From Octopus bimaculoides (Eukaryota): 63,292 bases of DNA. A model generated the notes under the pieces. It made no database searches. It saw only the letters and a program-made list of their open reading frames with translations, and was not told where the DNA came from. Positions 13,889 to 26,858 of this stretch are shown here, piece after piece; positions within the stretch are counted from its first letter, which is position 1; the number at the start of each line of letters is the position of its first letter. The position numbers were made by a program, and so were the translations under genes. The DNA lies in contig NC_068985.1 in assembly GCF_001194135.2 (NCBI RefSeq), positions 3,156,361 to 3,219,652 of the forward strand, given 5' to 3'.

Positions 13889-13980
13889 CAGAAATATGTT
13901 CTTGTTTGACTGAAGAGAATAGTAGAGCTGAACAATGAATGGACTTCGAGACACAGCCAAAGCATTCCTTTCCATCATCA
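13889..13980 (-). CDS. MASTL: Internal 92-nt coding exon of a Greatwall/MASTL-like AGC kinase (helix C region)
   Basis: Acceptor ttttcttcaccag and donor gtaaat. Translation (V)MMERNALAVSRSPFIVQLYYSLQSNKNIFL matches Greatwall [29 protein letters not shown], and the phase-0 end falls just before the expected VMEY exon. Confidence 0.85.
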
Positions 13981-14499
13981 CTGGTGAAGAAAACACAAAA
14001 AAAAAAAAAAAAAATTAATAACATTTCAGATTCAATGAAACACATCAACTGAATAAATATGAACAGTAAACCAGTGCTTAACATACAAAAGATGACCTTC
14101 TGTGGACAGAGGGGGTACCTTAATCCCTAATCTAAGATGGTGTGACAAATTCAGATATTTTACCAAAAGTTTTAGCATAGATGTGGTCACAAATGAACAC
14201 TCTCCTCGGATATAAACTTCATCACCATTTTAGCATCCCTTCATGCAGAGTCAAATTTTCTACAGCCAGGTAATTTCCTGTTGCCAACCCTCACTTGTTT
14301 CCAAGCAAGGTAATAATCCCTTAGTCTACCAAACAACAGCCCAGTCATACTTACATATTAAATGGGAAACAAATGTCAGATTCTGAAGGAGCCATTTATT
14401 GACAGGATCACACATATCAACACATGTCAAGAAACACTGATATGCTTTCTGTGGTTGACTGCAAAGCAAAGATTACCATACACATGCGTTCATGCGTGT

Positions 14500-14765
14500 G
14501 TGAAGGCACACGGCCTAGTGGTTAGGTTATTGCACTCATGATCACTGGACCATGGGTTTGATTCCTTAAGTGGATAGTGTGTTGTGTTCTTGAGCAAAAC
14601 ACTTCATTTCACCTTGCTCCAGTGCCCCTTCAATCAGCAGGGAATGTTGGCCTGCTCACCTAGCCAGCAGAGTGGTATCATTTGAAGGCTGAAACAATGC
14701 AAATGCGCATTGTAACCAGTGATGTGTAATAACATCTAACCTGGTCAGTCATGAGATCATGTGAT
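14500..14765 (+). mobile_element. tRNA-derived SINE (family B-related)
   Basis: A-box-like GGCCTAGTGG, B-box-like GGTTTGATTCC and TGTGTTCTTGAGCAAAACACTT domain. Confidence 0.65.
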
Positions 14766-15529
14766 ATATGTATGTATGTATGTATGTGTACACACACATA
14801 TATATATATATATACACACTTTAACATGGGTGTTATCAAAGAGATGACAATACTGCTGTTTTAACCTCAGGAAGACATCTCCTCCAGCTGGTTTATTCAA
14901 TGTGCTTTCACACTCAACATTATGTGGAAGAGAACTACTGCCGCCCTAGCTCCGAGGCCACTAGACCACAAATTATATATATATATTGGAGATGCACTTG
15001 CATAGCAAGTGACCTGATCTGAGATCGTGTGCTGGAACGAAAACAATTGCAGCGTGGAAGGTGTTTATAAGCCATTTAAAATAACACACAAAATCCGTTA
15101 GATTCACTTCAACATTTAAATTTAATTTGTCAAAATATTTTCGTCGCTTTGAGACCGCGACCTGTTCACTGACAAAATTCTGTGCTGCATATATATATAT
15201 AAATTCTGTATATCTTAATGTGGATATACTGTAGAAAACCACAAAACTGCAATATTTGTCTTGAGAAAGCATCTTGTATAGAAATATACTGCTAAAAGAC
15301 ATTGAAGAATATATGTAGCAGATGAAAAACATCCAACATCTTCAGCCTGTAGGTAGATTTTCACCTGCTACTGATACACTTTTATGATCTCTAGCACTAT
15401 ATGTTTGTATGTGAGGCTTTCTCAAAATGAATATTGCAGCTTTGTGGCTTTCTACAATACAGCCGCGTTCAAAATATCCAGAACGCTATAACTACATCCA
15501 TCACTAATAACAACTACACGTACACGCAG

Positions 15530-15690
15530 CAAGCATCTTCACTTTCTGACCACCAATTTCACTCACAAGATATTGGTCAACCTGTGACTATGGTATAGGC
15601 ACCAGGCAACAGCATTCACACAGTAGGACTGAACCTCTAGCCATGTGGTTACAAAGCAAACTTCTTAACCATACAACCATGCCTGCACCC
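15530..15690 (-). mobile_element. SINE family A 5' fragment
   Basis: Reverse complement matches the family A head (GGTGCAGGCATGGTTGTATGGTTAAGAAG). Confidence 0.65.
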
Positions 15691-16859
15691 ATTCTATACT
15701 GTAAAAGAAAGAACACTTTACTGCATTTACTAACTTATATGACATAATGAGTTTTGTTGGAAGACAACACAAAGATAATTAGAGCAAGTTTTGAATGTAT
15801 GATCTTTGATAGACAATATTCAAACAGTGACTAAAGCACTTTGTTTTATTGGGATTTTTTTCCCTACCTTTCAGATAAAAAGTTACCCTTTTCAAGAGTA
15901 AATTCTGCAGGAATCTTATTTTTATACTTTCCTTTTCTGTGAAAATTTTGACTCTCTTTTTACAATTTATCAACCTTCATTGGAAACTATAAACACACAA
16001 AATTTATTCAGAAAACGATGCTTACTGTTTATTTTGTTATTTATTTTTTTCACCTAGTTTACCTCTCTTACAGACAACATCATTTCAGAACTTGGCTAAT
16101 GTTCAATTGTCTCATTACAGATGAGATGCAACAAATACTTCACCAAAGCTTACTATATACACAGGCAGATTAATCAACATGACTGGATTTCTACCTTTTC
16201 TTTTTTTTTTTTTCCTTTAAAGAAAAAAAGAAAAAAAATTAAGAAAGCTCATCAGAACACCAATTTGAATAATACTGGGTCGGCAAATGCAGGTGTAAAA
16301 TAGTTCTGCATTGATTTATGAGAATTGGTACATCATTTTCAGTAGTGATGTCCAATGAGGATGCTCTTCTAAAAGTCAAACAGACAGAGAGTTTGGACAT
16401 TAGCCAATAATTTGGAAATTGTGTTTTCTGCATGACTAGCAAACATTCTACAATTCTAACAAGATAAACTATATAAACAAATCTGTTAGTACTAGTGTAA
16501 ACTTTCTCAATTCCACATAGGCAAACAGCATCCATTAGAAATACAACAAATAATTATTTTAACTATTATCAAACAGGTATCATGACTAATACAATTTCTA
16601 ATATAGGTATATGCTTTCTCCTTTTTTGTTACATTCATTTGACCATGCTAGCGTTTTTTAACTATTTTACAGCAAACTGCCCTTATTTACAGTAACTTAT
16701 CAATGGTGAAGAAAGAATGAAACCCATTCTATCAATCAGATGAAATCCATACCTAAAAATCAAACAAAAGCAAACGCTTAACAGTAGCAAGCGAACAGTT
16801 TCAACTCATTATCATTTGGTTCAGGTTTCACTGCCATTGTATCACATGATAGCATGAGT

Positions 16860-17150
16860 CTTAGTGGATCTTATGACTGTGAGTTCAATTCTTGGTGTCA
16901 CATTGTGTCTTTGAGCAAGGCACTTTATTTCACATTGCTCCATCTACTCAACTAGCAGAAATGAATAGTACCTGTATTTCAAAGGACCAGCCCTATCACT
17001 TACTCTTTCATGTTGAATCTCCCTTAGTACTATGATAAGGGCATGCATGTCAGTGGAGTGCTCAGCCATTTGCACATTAACTTCACGAGCGGGCCGTTCT
17101 GCTGATCGGATGACTGGAACCCTCACTGTTGTAACTGACAGAGTGTCAGT
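16860..17150 (+). mobile_element. SINE family B
   Basis: GAGTTCAATTC B-box and TGTGTCTTTGAGCAAGGCACTT; body shared with 5110-5340. Confidence 0.7.
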
Positions 17151-18809
17151 TAATTACAAAAGTTAAATAATATAAACAGAGATGAGAGGTACAAAAAAGA
17201 AACGGAAACTTGTGACATTTAATCTTGCCAAAGAGACTAATTGTCTAAGTGAAATGGTTCCAACAAACAATTGAGACAATTTTGCAAATTTCAAAACTTT
17301 TTCACTGCACAACAATGCTCTCTGTGATAGCAAATACTAAATGTAAAGCAGTTGTGTGGAAGATGTATGAAGTTTATTTTATCCTTTCCACTCACTATTA
17401 GCTACTGAAATAATGTGAAAGTTATTTGAGTTACAACATTTTGGGATTGAAAGAGAATCTGTTTCTGAATAGGATTTAAGTTTAATGTAGATTCTTGAAA
17501 TGCACAGAAAGACAAGTAAGTGAGATTATGCAGCAGTGAAGAAAGATTATACACATTTGGCAGATTTAGATAAAGTAGTAGCAGTAGAAGAGGATGACAG
17601 CAGTGGTAGAGAAGGAAAGAAAGAAAAACACAGTGATGAAATGAAGAATATTAGTTATTGTTGCTGTTCTTTAACCCTAGGTCAGTCCTCATCAAGGAAG
17701 CCTATGAGTGACAGTGTTCCAATCTAGCCATCCTGTCTTTTTAGAGATAACTAGGACTGCATTATCTAACATGGTCTTTCTTTTCATTGAGATAGTAAGG
17801 TGTGAATTGAAAAAGATATGGCTGCTACTTCTAGCAAACCAGGTTGCCATATAGCAGTTTTTTTGGTTGATTTGTAAAGAAGTAGAGAGAAAGTACAGTG
17901 GGGAGAGAGGTAGTAGCAGACCGTCAAAATATTTAGTTCCATTTTGATGGCTGTTAAACATGAGTAATAGAAGCTTGAGGGAGGTAAGCGGTGTCAATGA
18001 CAACAAAATGTTTTACATAATTGACAATATAAATAAACTTGAATGAAAAACAAAAATAAAAAGACAAAACTGAAATTTTCCCCTTAAGGACAAGAGAAAA
18101 ATCATCAATTAATTTGTCTATTAGTTGATGGAGATTTCAGATATAGGAAGAAAAGTAAGGAAGTTTAATAAGATGAAAAAAAAATTTTAAATAAAACCAA
18201 AAGTGAATTTTTATTGGAAAAATTAGGTGGCAAGAAGCGTTTTCTTTCACTATGACTACTACCACTTCCACCACCACTACAACTACCATCGCATTTAAGT
18301 CAGTTATAATTTTTCTTTGAAAGGATTTTTATCATCTTAAAAGGATTAAAACACTGAAGATTGTTTAGCCAATACAAAAAACATCAAGTCAAGTTGATCT
18401 GTTTTTGTTTTGGTTTTTGCTTTTTTACAAATATTTTAATATAGTATTGGCAAAATAAATCATTGAGGAGAAAATGTTACAAGATCTGTACATGAACACA
18501 CACACACACATACAACAACATATGCATTAGACACGCAGATATAAATATATATAGAGAGAGAGATATATATATATATGCATGCATGTATGTGTGTATGTAT
18601 GTAAAATACACAGCCCTTTTCAGAGACAGTACAAATTTTGGAACACACCCACACACACTGACAGAGATTTGTTTTCAATTGATGGTTCATACCCTCGTTA
18701 TACAAAGTTTTTCCCAGTGCACAATCGTTCAGAAACTCTGAGTAACACTGGAGTGAATCATGCAATTCAAATAAATGCATAACCTGTATTTCCATGTAAG
18801 AAGCATTCC

Positions 18810-19500
18810 ACCTGCCTCAGCAGCTTCAGGCTTGGCTCCTGCGTTACAGCTGGCCAGTACCTCAACAAGACATCTCCAATCATTCTGGTTTTGAGCATGG
18901 TTGCTGGCATCTTCCCACGTGGTGCTAAGTTGCTTCAGATCTTCATTGAAGGTGGTATGCCACACCTTCTCGAGTCTCCCTCTCTTTCTTTGTCCCACTG
19001 TTGGTACCCATTGTATAGCTGTCTTAAGTATTCATTTGGTATTTTCTGGCAGTCAGAAAACATGACCTGCAAGTCTCACACTTTTTCTGCCCCAATCTCC
19101 TGCAGGCTGCGCAGACCGACTCTTCTCAAGTCTTCAGGGTTTGTGATTCTGCCCCTGCAGGTGATCTTCAATATTCTGTGAAGACACCATAGGTGGGATG
19201 CAGTCAACCTGTGAATGGTCTTGGCTATCATTTACCAAGCTTCTCTTGCTTAGACTGCTGTTGGCAGCAGGATAATGCTCTAGTACAGCAGCATCTTCAT
19301 ACAGTTGCTAATTGAGGCGCTGGCTCAGATTTTGTGCATTCTTCTGAACACTGCTGCTGCAAGCCCAATTCTAGAGTTGATATCTGCTTCAGTACACACA
19401 GACACACATACACAGCTAGAGAAAGGTGAGTTAGCAGATTACCTTGTGTGTTACAAGTCTCTATGCTCTCAGTTCAAATCAAGTTTCAGTCACCCTTCCT
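18810..19500 (-). pseudogene. RTE-clade LINE 3' fragment
   Basis: CLHRILKI...RITN and GQRKRGRLEKVW...EDLKQL...WEDA...AQNQNDWRCLV are RTE C-terminal motifs; frameshifted. Confidence 0.75.
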
Positions 19501-19530
19501 GAGTTGATATAAAAGTACCAGTCTGAGAAG

Positions 19531-19665
19531 ATGGTTTGCACTCACTCTTTTGTCATTCTGACCATCAGAAATGCAGTGAATGGTTAACTGGAAATCAATA
19601 ACCAGTAAGGCTACTGTTGACTAATTGCGACATAAAATAAATACACATAAACCCCTACACAGATA
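19531..19665. repeat. Local duplication, copy 1
   Basis: Aligns without gaps to 20611-20745 (offset 1080), about 80-85% identical by eye. Confidence 0.9.
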
Positions 19666-19760
19666 TTGCAGATCTTTGTTCTGTCAGCAACAATTACATC
19701 ACTGACGGGATGGTGTGGTGGCCCAAATGGGCAGCCTTTCTTTTGGATAATTATTACTTT

Positions 19761-20130
19761 AGGTACAGGCGTGGCTGTGTGGTAAGAAGTTTTCTTTCCA
19801 ACCACATGATTCAAAGTTCAATCTTACTATGTGTTATCTTGGGCAAGTGTCTTTTACTATGGCCTTGGGCCAATCAAAGCCATATAAGTGGATTTGGTAG
19901 ACAGAAACTGAAAGAGGCCCATCAGTGTGTGTCTTTGTCTTCCACCACCACTTGACAACTGCTGTGGGTTTGTTTACAACTTTGTAACTTAGCAATTCGG
20001 TAAAAGATACCAATAGAATAAATACCAGACTTTAAAACAAAAAAGTATTGGGGGCAATTTGTTCGACTAGGATTCTCCAAGGTGGTGCCTCAACATGGCT
20101 GCAGTCTAATAACTAAAACAAGTAAAAAAA
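19761..20130 (+). mobile_element. SINE family A, near full length
   Basis: Head AGGCGTGGCTGTGTGGTAAGAAG and tail AACTAAAACAAGTAAAA. Confidence 0.8.
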
Positions 20131-20424
20131 ACTAAAAGAAAAAACCATAATGGAAAGGAGTGGTTTCATACATTGGCAACGACCAGTTTTCACAACTCTC
20201 CTACTCCAGCACATACATTTGCAGACGCATGGGCAACTTTGACCAATGGAGACCAACAGAGAGAAAAGGGACAGAAATTAATATGCACAAATACAGAAAC
20301 AATTCCAAATCTAACAACACTTACATTGATATGTTTACTGACAGATGCTAAAACATGCAGTTAAATGGAGCTATGTGGATGATTATGTGATTCCTTAGTT
20401 CACTTGTAGAAACTGAAAGAAGCC

Positions 20425-20479
<55 letters not shown>

Positions 20480-20610
20480 CACATATATGAGTGGTGTTTT
20501 TGTTTGACACTGTGTGACAGTTGTAAAGGAGTGCCACTGCTGCCACCAAAAAGTATAAACATTAGTAAGAAAACATGTTTTATAAAGTCCTTTTAGATAT
20601 CTTTTCTGCA

Positions 20611-20745
20611 ATGAGTTGCAGTCTCTCCTTCGTCATTCTCACCATCAGAAATACAGTGAATGGTTAATGGGAAGTCAATAACCAGTAATGCTACTGTTGA
20701 CTAATTGCAATGTAAAATAAATACACATACAATCATACACAGATA
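20611..20745. repeat. Local duplication, copy 2
   Basis: See 19531-19665. Confidence 0.9.
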
Positions 20746-21649
20746 TATATATATATACATAACAATATTCAAAATAAACAATAAGTAAATGGATAATTTT
20801 GAATTCAATGCATTTAAATTGATACATTATATTCTACACCTTTGAATTTTATAGTAGTTGAAACATTATTTTGTCGTGAATAACGGAGTAATTTAATTGC
20901 TAAAAACAGCATGTTCAGACCAATAAGTAAAGATCATGACTGAGTAGCAAATGTATTGATACCCAGTCAGGTGGGCTAGAAATCACTGCTATTCAGATTT
21001 GATGGAATAGTGATAGAGGGAGGGGGGTTTTCAAGTTGAGATGATAAACCAATTCCTGATAGGACCTGCAGCAGTTGGAGCAAGCAGTTCAGTTCACTTG
21101 AAATGCATTTAAAAAAAATTTTTTCAAATTGCTGACCTAACCAACCCATACTGATGTAAAGAAAAAGGGAAGGAAACTGAACTGAAACAGACAATGACTT
21201 TAATAAAAAGATGGTGAAGGCAAGAAAAATGACAGATCAGTTATGCTCAATAAGCACACTCAATGACCTGAAGCCAACAAATGGAGAACAAAAATTCTGA
21301 AGTTAAATTCTGTAAATGCAGAGAAATTTTAGAGAAAGCTATTAGTGAAATTAGTGCTACCAATAATTTAGTAATGGAGATGGGGTAAGGGGGCATATTT
21401 CAGAAAATGTAATCTGTTTCTTAATCAACAAGCTGCTTTTCCACTAAATAGTTAGTGGTTGTTTCAAGAATGAGGTTAGAGGCATGCGGTGATTTTATGA
21501 AAGTTAAAGGCAACATCAAGACTGTGAGTGGAAGTGGAGCTGTTTCAATTTCAAAACCTGCTATACTGTGCTCCGTAAATACACCAACACCGGTCATCAA
21601 GTGGTGGTGGTGGACAAAAACATATACAAAGTCAAACATACACATATAC

Positions 21650-21691
<42 letters not shown>

Positions 21692-21723
21692 CTCACAGAA
21701 ATATATGTACATATACATACATA

Positions 21724-21762
<39 letters not shown>

Positions 21763-22428
21763 ACACACACACACACATATATACATATTACACACACACA
21801 CATATATATACATATATAAATATATATACACACACACACATATATTACACACATACATATACACACACACACACACACACACATACATACATACACACAT
21901 ATAAGTAAATGTTGAATGATGAAAATGAGTGCTCAACACTGTATTGATGGATATACTTTATTTGTGAATTAATGGCTACCATTGGTTTCATGTTAAAAAA
22001 AGTAGGAGAATATCCTAGTCTCTTAATTTTTCAAGCCAGTCACATGGAGAAAGGTGTTCATTTTGGAAAACAGTCTTGTTTAGTTCTCAGATGCTCTCAT
22101 AACCAAGCTTTTCAAAATAATTTATATCACCAGGGTACATGGTGTGCCTGGGTGGGATAGTGTCTCTGACAAAGGAACACATAAGGTTCTTTGGAATAGT
22201 TCATTCACTTTGGTCCTCACCTGACACCCAGCTCTCCCCTGTGACTCCGCAAAGCTGTCTCCATGCATCAGTTGCCACACCCCAGGCAATAGCTTCCACA
22301 AGGCAGCTAAACCATGGCAAGTGTAGCCAATGGCTTTCAAACCTTTGGTGAGCTTAGGCTTGTCTACCTATGCATGTGAAGACAGTACCCAGCAGACTGT
22401 GCAGAGGAAACCACCAGACATCATGAGG

Positions 22429-22438
22429 NNNNNNNNNN
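22429..22438. other. Assembly gap (10 N) followed by poly-G
   Basis: N run in the sequence. Confidence 1.
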
Positions 22439-22674
22439 GGGGGGGGGGGCAGTGTGGAGTGAAGGCATGTCGAATTTAGTTGCTTTCAAGTTTGTTGCTA
22501 GCGTTGCAGAAATATTTGTGTTACAGAAAGATTAGAATCAGCTGAAACAAAGTCAGTGCAGTTCCCTTGGCTTCACTACTAATGCATTACCACTGAAAGT
22601 AATTTGAGTTTCAACTATTTTATAGGATTACATATTCAAAATGTGGAATAGCAAGTGAATAATGTCATAATAGC

Positions 22675-23126
22675 ATGTGCAGGCGTAGCTGTGTGGTAAG
22701 AGGCTTGCTTCCCAACCACATGGTTGCAGGTTCAGTCCCACTGTGTGGCACCTTGGGCAAGTGTCTTCTACTATAGCCTTGGGCCAAACAAAGCCTTGTC
22801 AGTGGATTTGATAGATGGAAACTGAAAGAAGCTTGTCATATATATGTGTATGTGTGTGTATATATATATATATATGTTTGTGTGTCTGTTTGTCCCCCCA
22901 CCACCACCATCACTTGACAACCGATGTTGGTGTATTTACATCCCTGTAACTCAGCGGTTCAGCAAAAAGAGACCGATAGGACAAGTACTGGGCTTACAGA
23001 GATTAAGTCTTGGAGTCAATTTCTTCGACTAAAGGCAATGCTCCAGCATGGCCACAGTCAAACGACTGAAACAAGTAAAAGAATAAAAGAATAAAAGAAT
23101 AAAAGAATAAAAGAATAAAAGAATAA
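22675..23126 (+). mobile_element. SINE family A, full length, with (AAAAGAAT)6 tail
   Basis: A-box-like TAGCTGTGTGG, B-box GGTTCAGTCCC, tandem 8-mer tail at 23077-23126. Confidence 0.85.
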
Positions 23127-24084
23127 ATGTATTGTTAATATATCAAGAGGTGGCTGGACATAAAGTTGTTAGGATTAAATGGCTAGTAACGAAATGAGAG
23201 GATAAATTAGGGCTTATGAAGTTTGTAGTTTCTCATTTCTACCTTAATATTCCTAACATTTCAGTTGTAAGTGTCAAATTACATGATGAATCTAATGTAA
23301 CATTGGCTTATAAATTCATTTCAATTTCAATTCCAAGATCAGTAAGAAATGGGGATGTTTAAGGAAATTGCTATTTTTACTGTCTTTTCTTGATTTACTA
23401 AGGTCTTAATTTTTCCATGAAATACTGTCTTTATTCATGGATTTTAGTATAGAAAGTGTTGCTTTATAGATAATTGTTATTGTACTAACACCAACTGCCA
23501 GAGAGGAAAATAGTTTGTTTTCAGTGTGTCTATTCAATACACATTGCAGTTCTATTGAACAGAGAATTTTCTGACAGGATTTAAATCTGTCATTGTCAAC
23601 CACCAAGTCAATTTAACTGTATGTATCACCAATCAAACATTCTTTTTTTTCTTTCATCAAAGAAGCCAGGGATATTTAAATCAAAAAGCTGTAGGAGTCT
23701 AACCTTGAGAGTGGGAAGTATTGATTCCAGCTCCACTGACTCTCTCTCTCTCTCTTTCTCTCTCAATTCAAAAGCACTAAACAAAAATATATTTGTCCCT
23801 TTATCTTTTACCATTCTTCCTTTCCCTCAGGATATATTAAAGAAATCTTAACATGAATCAGATGCTAACAGTAAATATACCAGAAAAACCTTGAAACCAT
23901 CTTCCTTATCAGAGAATAGACAGCTATCACATCATGTGTGTGTGTGTGTGTGCGTGCGCACGTACATGCATACGCTTGCATATGTGAGCATGAGTGCATT
24001 ACCTATGAAAGTGTAACTTTCTTTTACTTTTACATTTATGTGAGATGAGGTGAGAAGACTATCACTATCTCCTGCAAGAGCATC

Positions 24085-24300
24085 ACAACATCATCGTCAT
24101 CATTTAACATCCGTTTTCCATGCTGGCATAGGCTGGATGGTTTAACAGGGACTGGCAGGGCCAGGAGCTGAACCAGGTTCCAATGTGTCTTTTAGGCATA
24201 GTTTCTACAGCTGGATGCCTTTCCTAACATCAACCATTTTATAGAGTGTACCGGGTGCTTTTTATGTGGCACCAGCACTGACAGGGTCATCAAGTACTTT
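24085..24300 (-). mobile_element. SINE family C
   Basis: CATCATCGTCATCATTTAACATCCGTTTTCCATGCTGGC is the reverse family tail. Confidence 0.8.
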
Positions 24301-25693
24301 GTAAAACAATTACCCCTCAGGTGGGAGTTGCATTGAGGAGGTGTAGCATTGTGCCAGTTGAGAGGTTTATAGATGTCTCAGCAACAAAACTACCAATTTA
24401 GAACTGTGTCGGTCTGTCACTGTTATTCTAATAAAACTGCCTCATGCTTTTAAAAATACTCCTTATCATCGCCACAGAAACCCCCATCATAAACAATTAA
24501 ATATTCATTTCTAATTCACTTCAACTTTTCCTAAATATATTGAACTTGGCAAATGCATTATATACATGCACACATACATATGTACATACACACACATGCA
24601 TGCATAGAAAGAACTGGGAGTTCAGTTGTCTGAAGATTGTTGCTGAGATATGACATTGAGTCACAGCTAACAATTTCAAAGACTGCTAAGTGTTTATTGA
24701 TCTTTATATTTTTCATCCCCCACCACCAGACTACATACATCTATACATGCAAGTCTATACATATGCGTGTATACAAGTGTACGCATGCATGCATGTTTTT
24801 CTCAGAAATCTCATGACAATGAAAAAAAGTGTTTTTCAATGAGAAAAAAAAATGTTATCAGCTAAACTTTTCTTGAAATAATTACTCTGATAGAATTAAA
24901 AATGTATGATGGTAACTAGTAAAAAAAATGTCCATTGATTACACTCAAAATAAAAACTAATATTGATAATTACATTAATTTGTAATGCAACTTTGGAATA
25001 AACAATTGAAATAGGGGCAAAAATGTATGTTTTTGACTTGGTGCAAGTATGTTTGTGTATGTATACACACACACACACATATACACATATGTATATACGT
25101 GTGTACGTGTGTGTGTGTGTAAATACACACACAATCAGCTACTTTGTTTACTCAGTGTTATCAGTTATTTATTCTACGTGCGCGTACACTAAGATATCAT
25201 CATTATCATCATCATCGTCGTTGTCGTTTTAGCAATCACTTTTCCATGCAAGCATGGGTCAAACTGATTTCATTGAAGCAGATTTTCTGCAGCCGGAAAC
25301 CCTTCTTGTTGCCAACCCTCACCCATTCCCATATAATGCTCCCCTCTGGCCACATGCTTTCATAAAACTCTGGAAACAAATAACACTGTTTGTATAGTAG
25401 TAACACTCACTCACATCTATCATACAATGTCAAGACAAGGAGACACAAACATACATAGGAATCCATTGCATTTATGGAATTAACATGGTCCATAAAACCT
25501 TACCATAGTGTGAAATTATTTTCCTATTCTTTATGTTATAAAATAATAATAATGCATTCCAATGGATTTTTTAGGAAAAACAAAATACAATTTCTAAACA
25601 TGCACCGTACTATATGTATACATTAAAACATTGGAAGAGAAATGCATTACAGAAAAATAAGAATTGTAATACAGTAATAGAGTATGTCCTTAC

Positions 25694-25906
25694 CACATAG
25701 GATGTTAACAACTATGTGAGAGATAGTAGTGGTAGGATGGGAGCTATTGGGAGATTGAGGGTCAGTGTCTGCTATCTTATAGTGTGCCTCAACATCTGCT
25801 TGAGGAGCAAAGAACTTACACAGAATTGTTTGATGGTCATGGACCATCATCTCTTTGTACAACTGAATGTAGGAACTGAGCTCATTGCAAACTCCTTTTT
25901 TAATTT
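25694..25906 (-). CDS. Probable 213-nt symmetric (phase 1-1) coding exon of unknown protein
   Basis: Acceptor cttgtaacctag and donor G|gtaagg. 70 open codons: IKKGVCNELSSYIQLYKEMMVHDHQTILCKFFAPQADVEAHYKIADTDPQSPNSSHPTTTISHIVVNILC. The sequence is non-repetitive and more GC-rich than its flanks. No family recognised. Confidence 0.5.
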
Positions 25907-25929
25907 CTAGGTTACAAGCACCATACATG

Positions 25930-26203
25930 CATCAGTCGTTGCCAGTGCTGCCTGACTGGCTCCCTGTGTCGGTGGAACATAAAAAGCACCATCCGAATAT
26001 GGCCGATGCCAGCCCCCTCACCCAGACTGGCTCCCATGCTGGTGGCACATAAAAAGCACCATCCAAACGTGGTCAATGCCAGCCTCCTCGCCCCTTCTGG
26101 CTCCTGTGTTTGGAGCCTGGTGCAGCCTCCTGGCTTGTCAGACCCCAGTCAAACTGTCCAATCCATGCCAGCATGGAAAAACGGACATTAGACGATGATG
26201 ATA
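25930..26203 (+). mobile_element. SINE family C with about 65-bp internal tandem units
   Basis: Repeated GATGCCAG...GGCTCC...AAAAAGCACCATCC units and a GACGATGATGAT tail. Confidence 0.8.
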
Positions 26204-26858
26204 ATACATTCACGATTAGAATCATTATCAACAAAAACTTGCAGACTTTCCTCTATAAGTAACCACTTTTTAATAACATTCTTTGCAGTTAATTTAAGTA
26301 GAGTTGCAGGAATTTCCATATTCTCATCTGTTCTCTGCTTACTCTTATTTTAACAACATCTGCACCTTCTTAGATAAAGTTCCTCTCTGGGACACAAGCA
26401 ACCCAATCACATCATCCTTCAACCCTACATCATTTACAAGTGTCACAACACTTATCTGAATTTCATAGAAACAGATCTGTTTGTAGAAAACTTGTCAACA
26501 CACAGTCTGGTTATAGATTTTTCCGAAAAGAGTCCTTTCTTTACTTGGTGACCTTGATAGCGCTGGTGCCTTGTAAAAAAAAAACAATCAGTGCACTCTG
26601 TAAAATGGTCAGCATTAAGAATGGCATCCAGTAGCAAAGCAGACAATCAAGTTTGGTGCAGTCCAACACAAGCCAGCATGGAACATGGACATTAAATGGT
26701 GCTGGTTTTACTAGCTTGATAAAATAGAGATGTGTATGTATTCATTTTTCATGTGAAAACGGCTTCATCAATTGCTTCCATATTTGTGATGTATGAACAA
26801 TTTGACCCCAGACAAATAATAGGTTCTTCGTTTGATTTCTTTTTATTAAAGACAAAAA

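Noticed and set aside
13889-13980. Helitron-captured host exon
   Set aside because: It lies about 14 kb outside the Helitron and has no Helitron termini around it.
16239-16535. Possible minus-strand terminal exon (EEHPHWTSLLKMMYQFS*)
   Set aside because: Short, with no homology and no independent support.
19761-19830. tRNA gene (A/B boxes)
   Set aside because: A SINE head with no cloverleaf; it continues into the SINE body.
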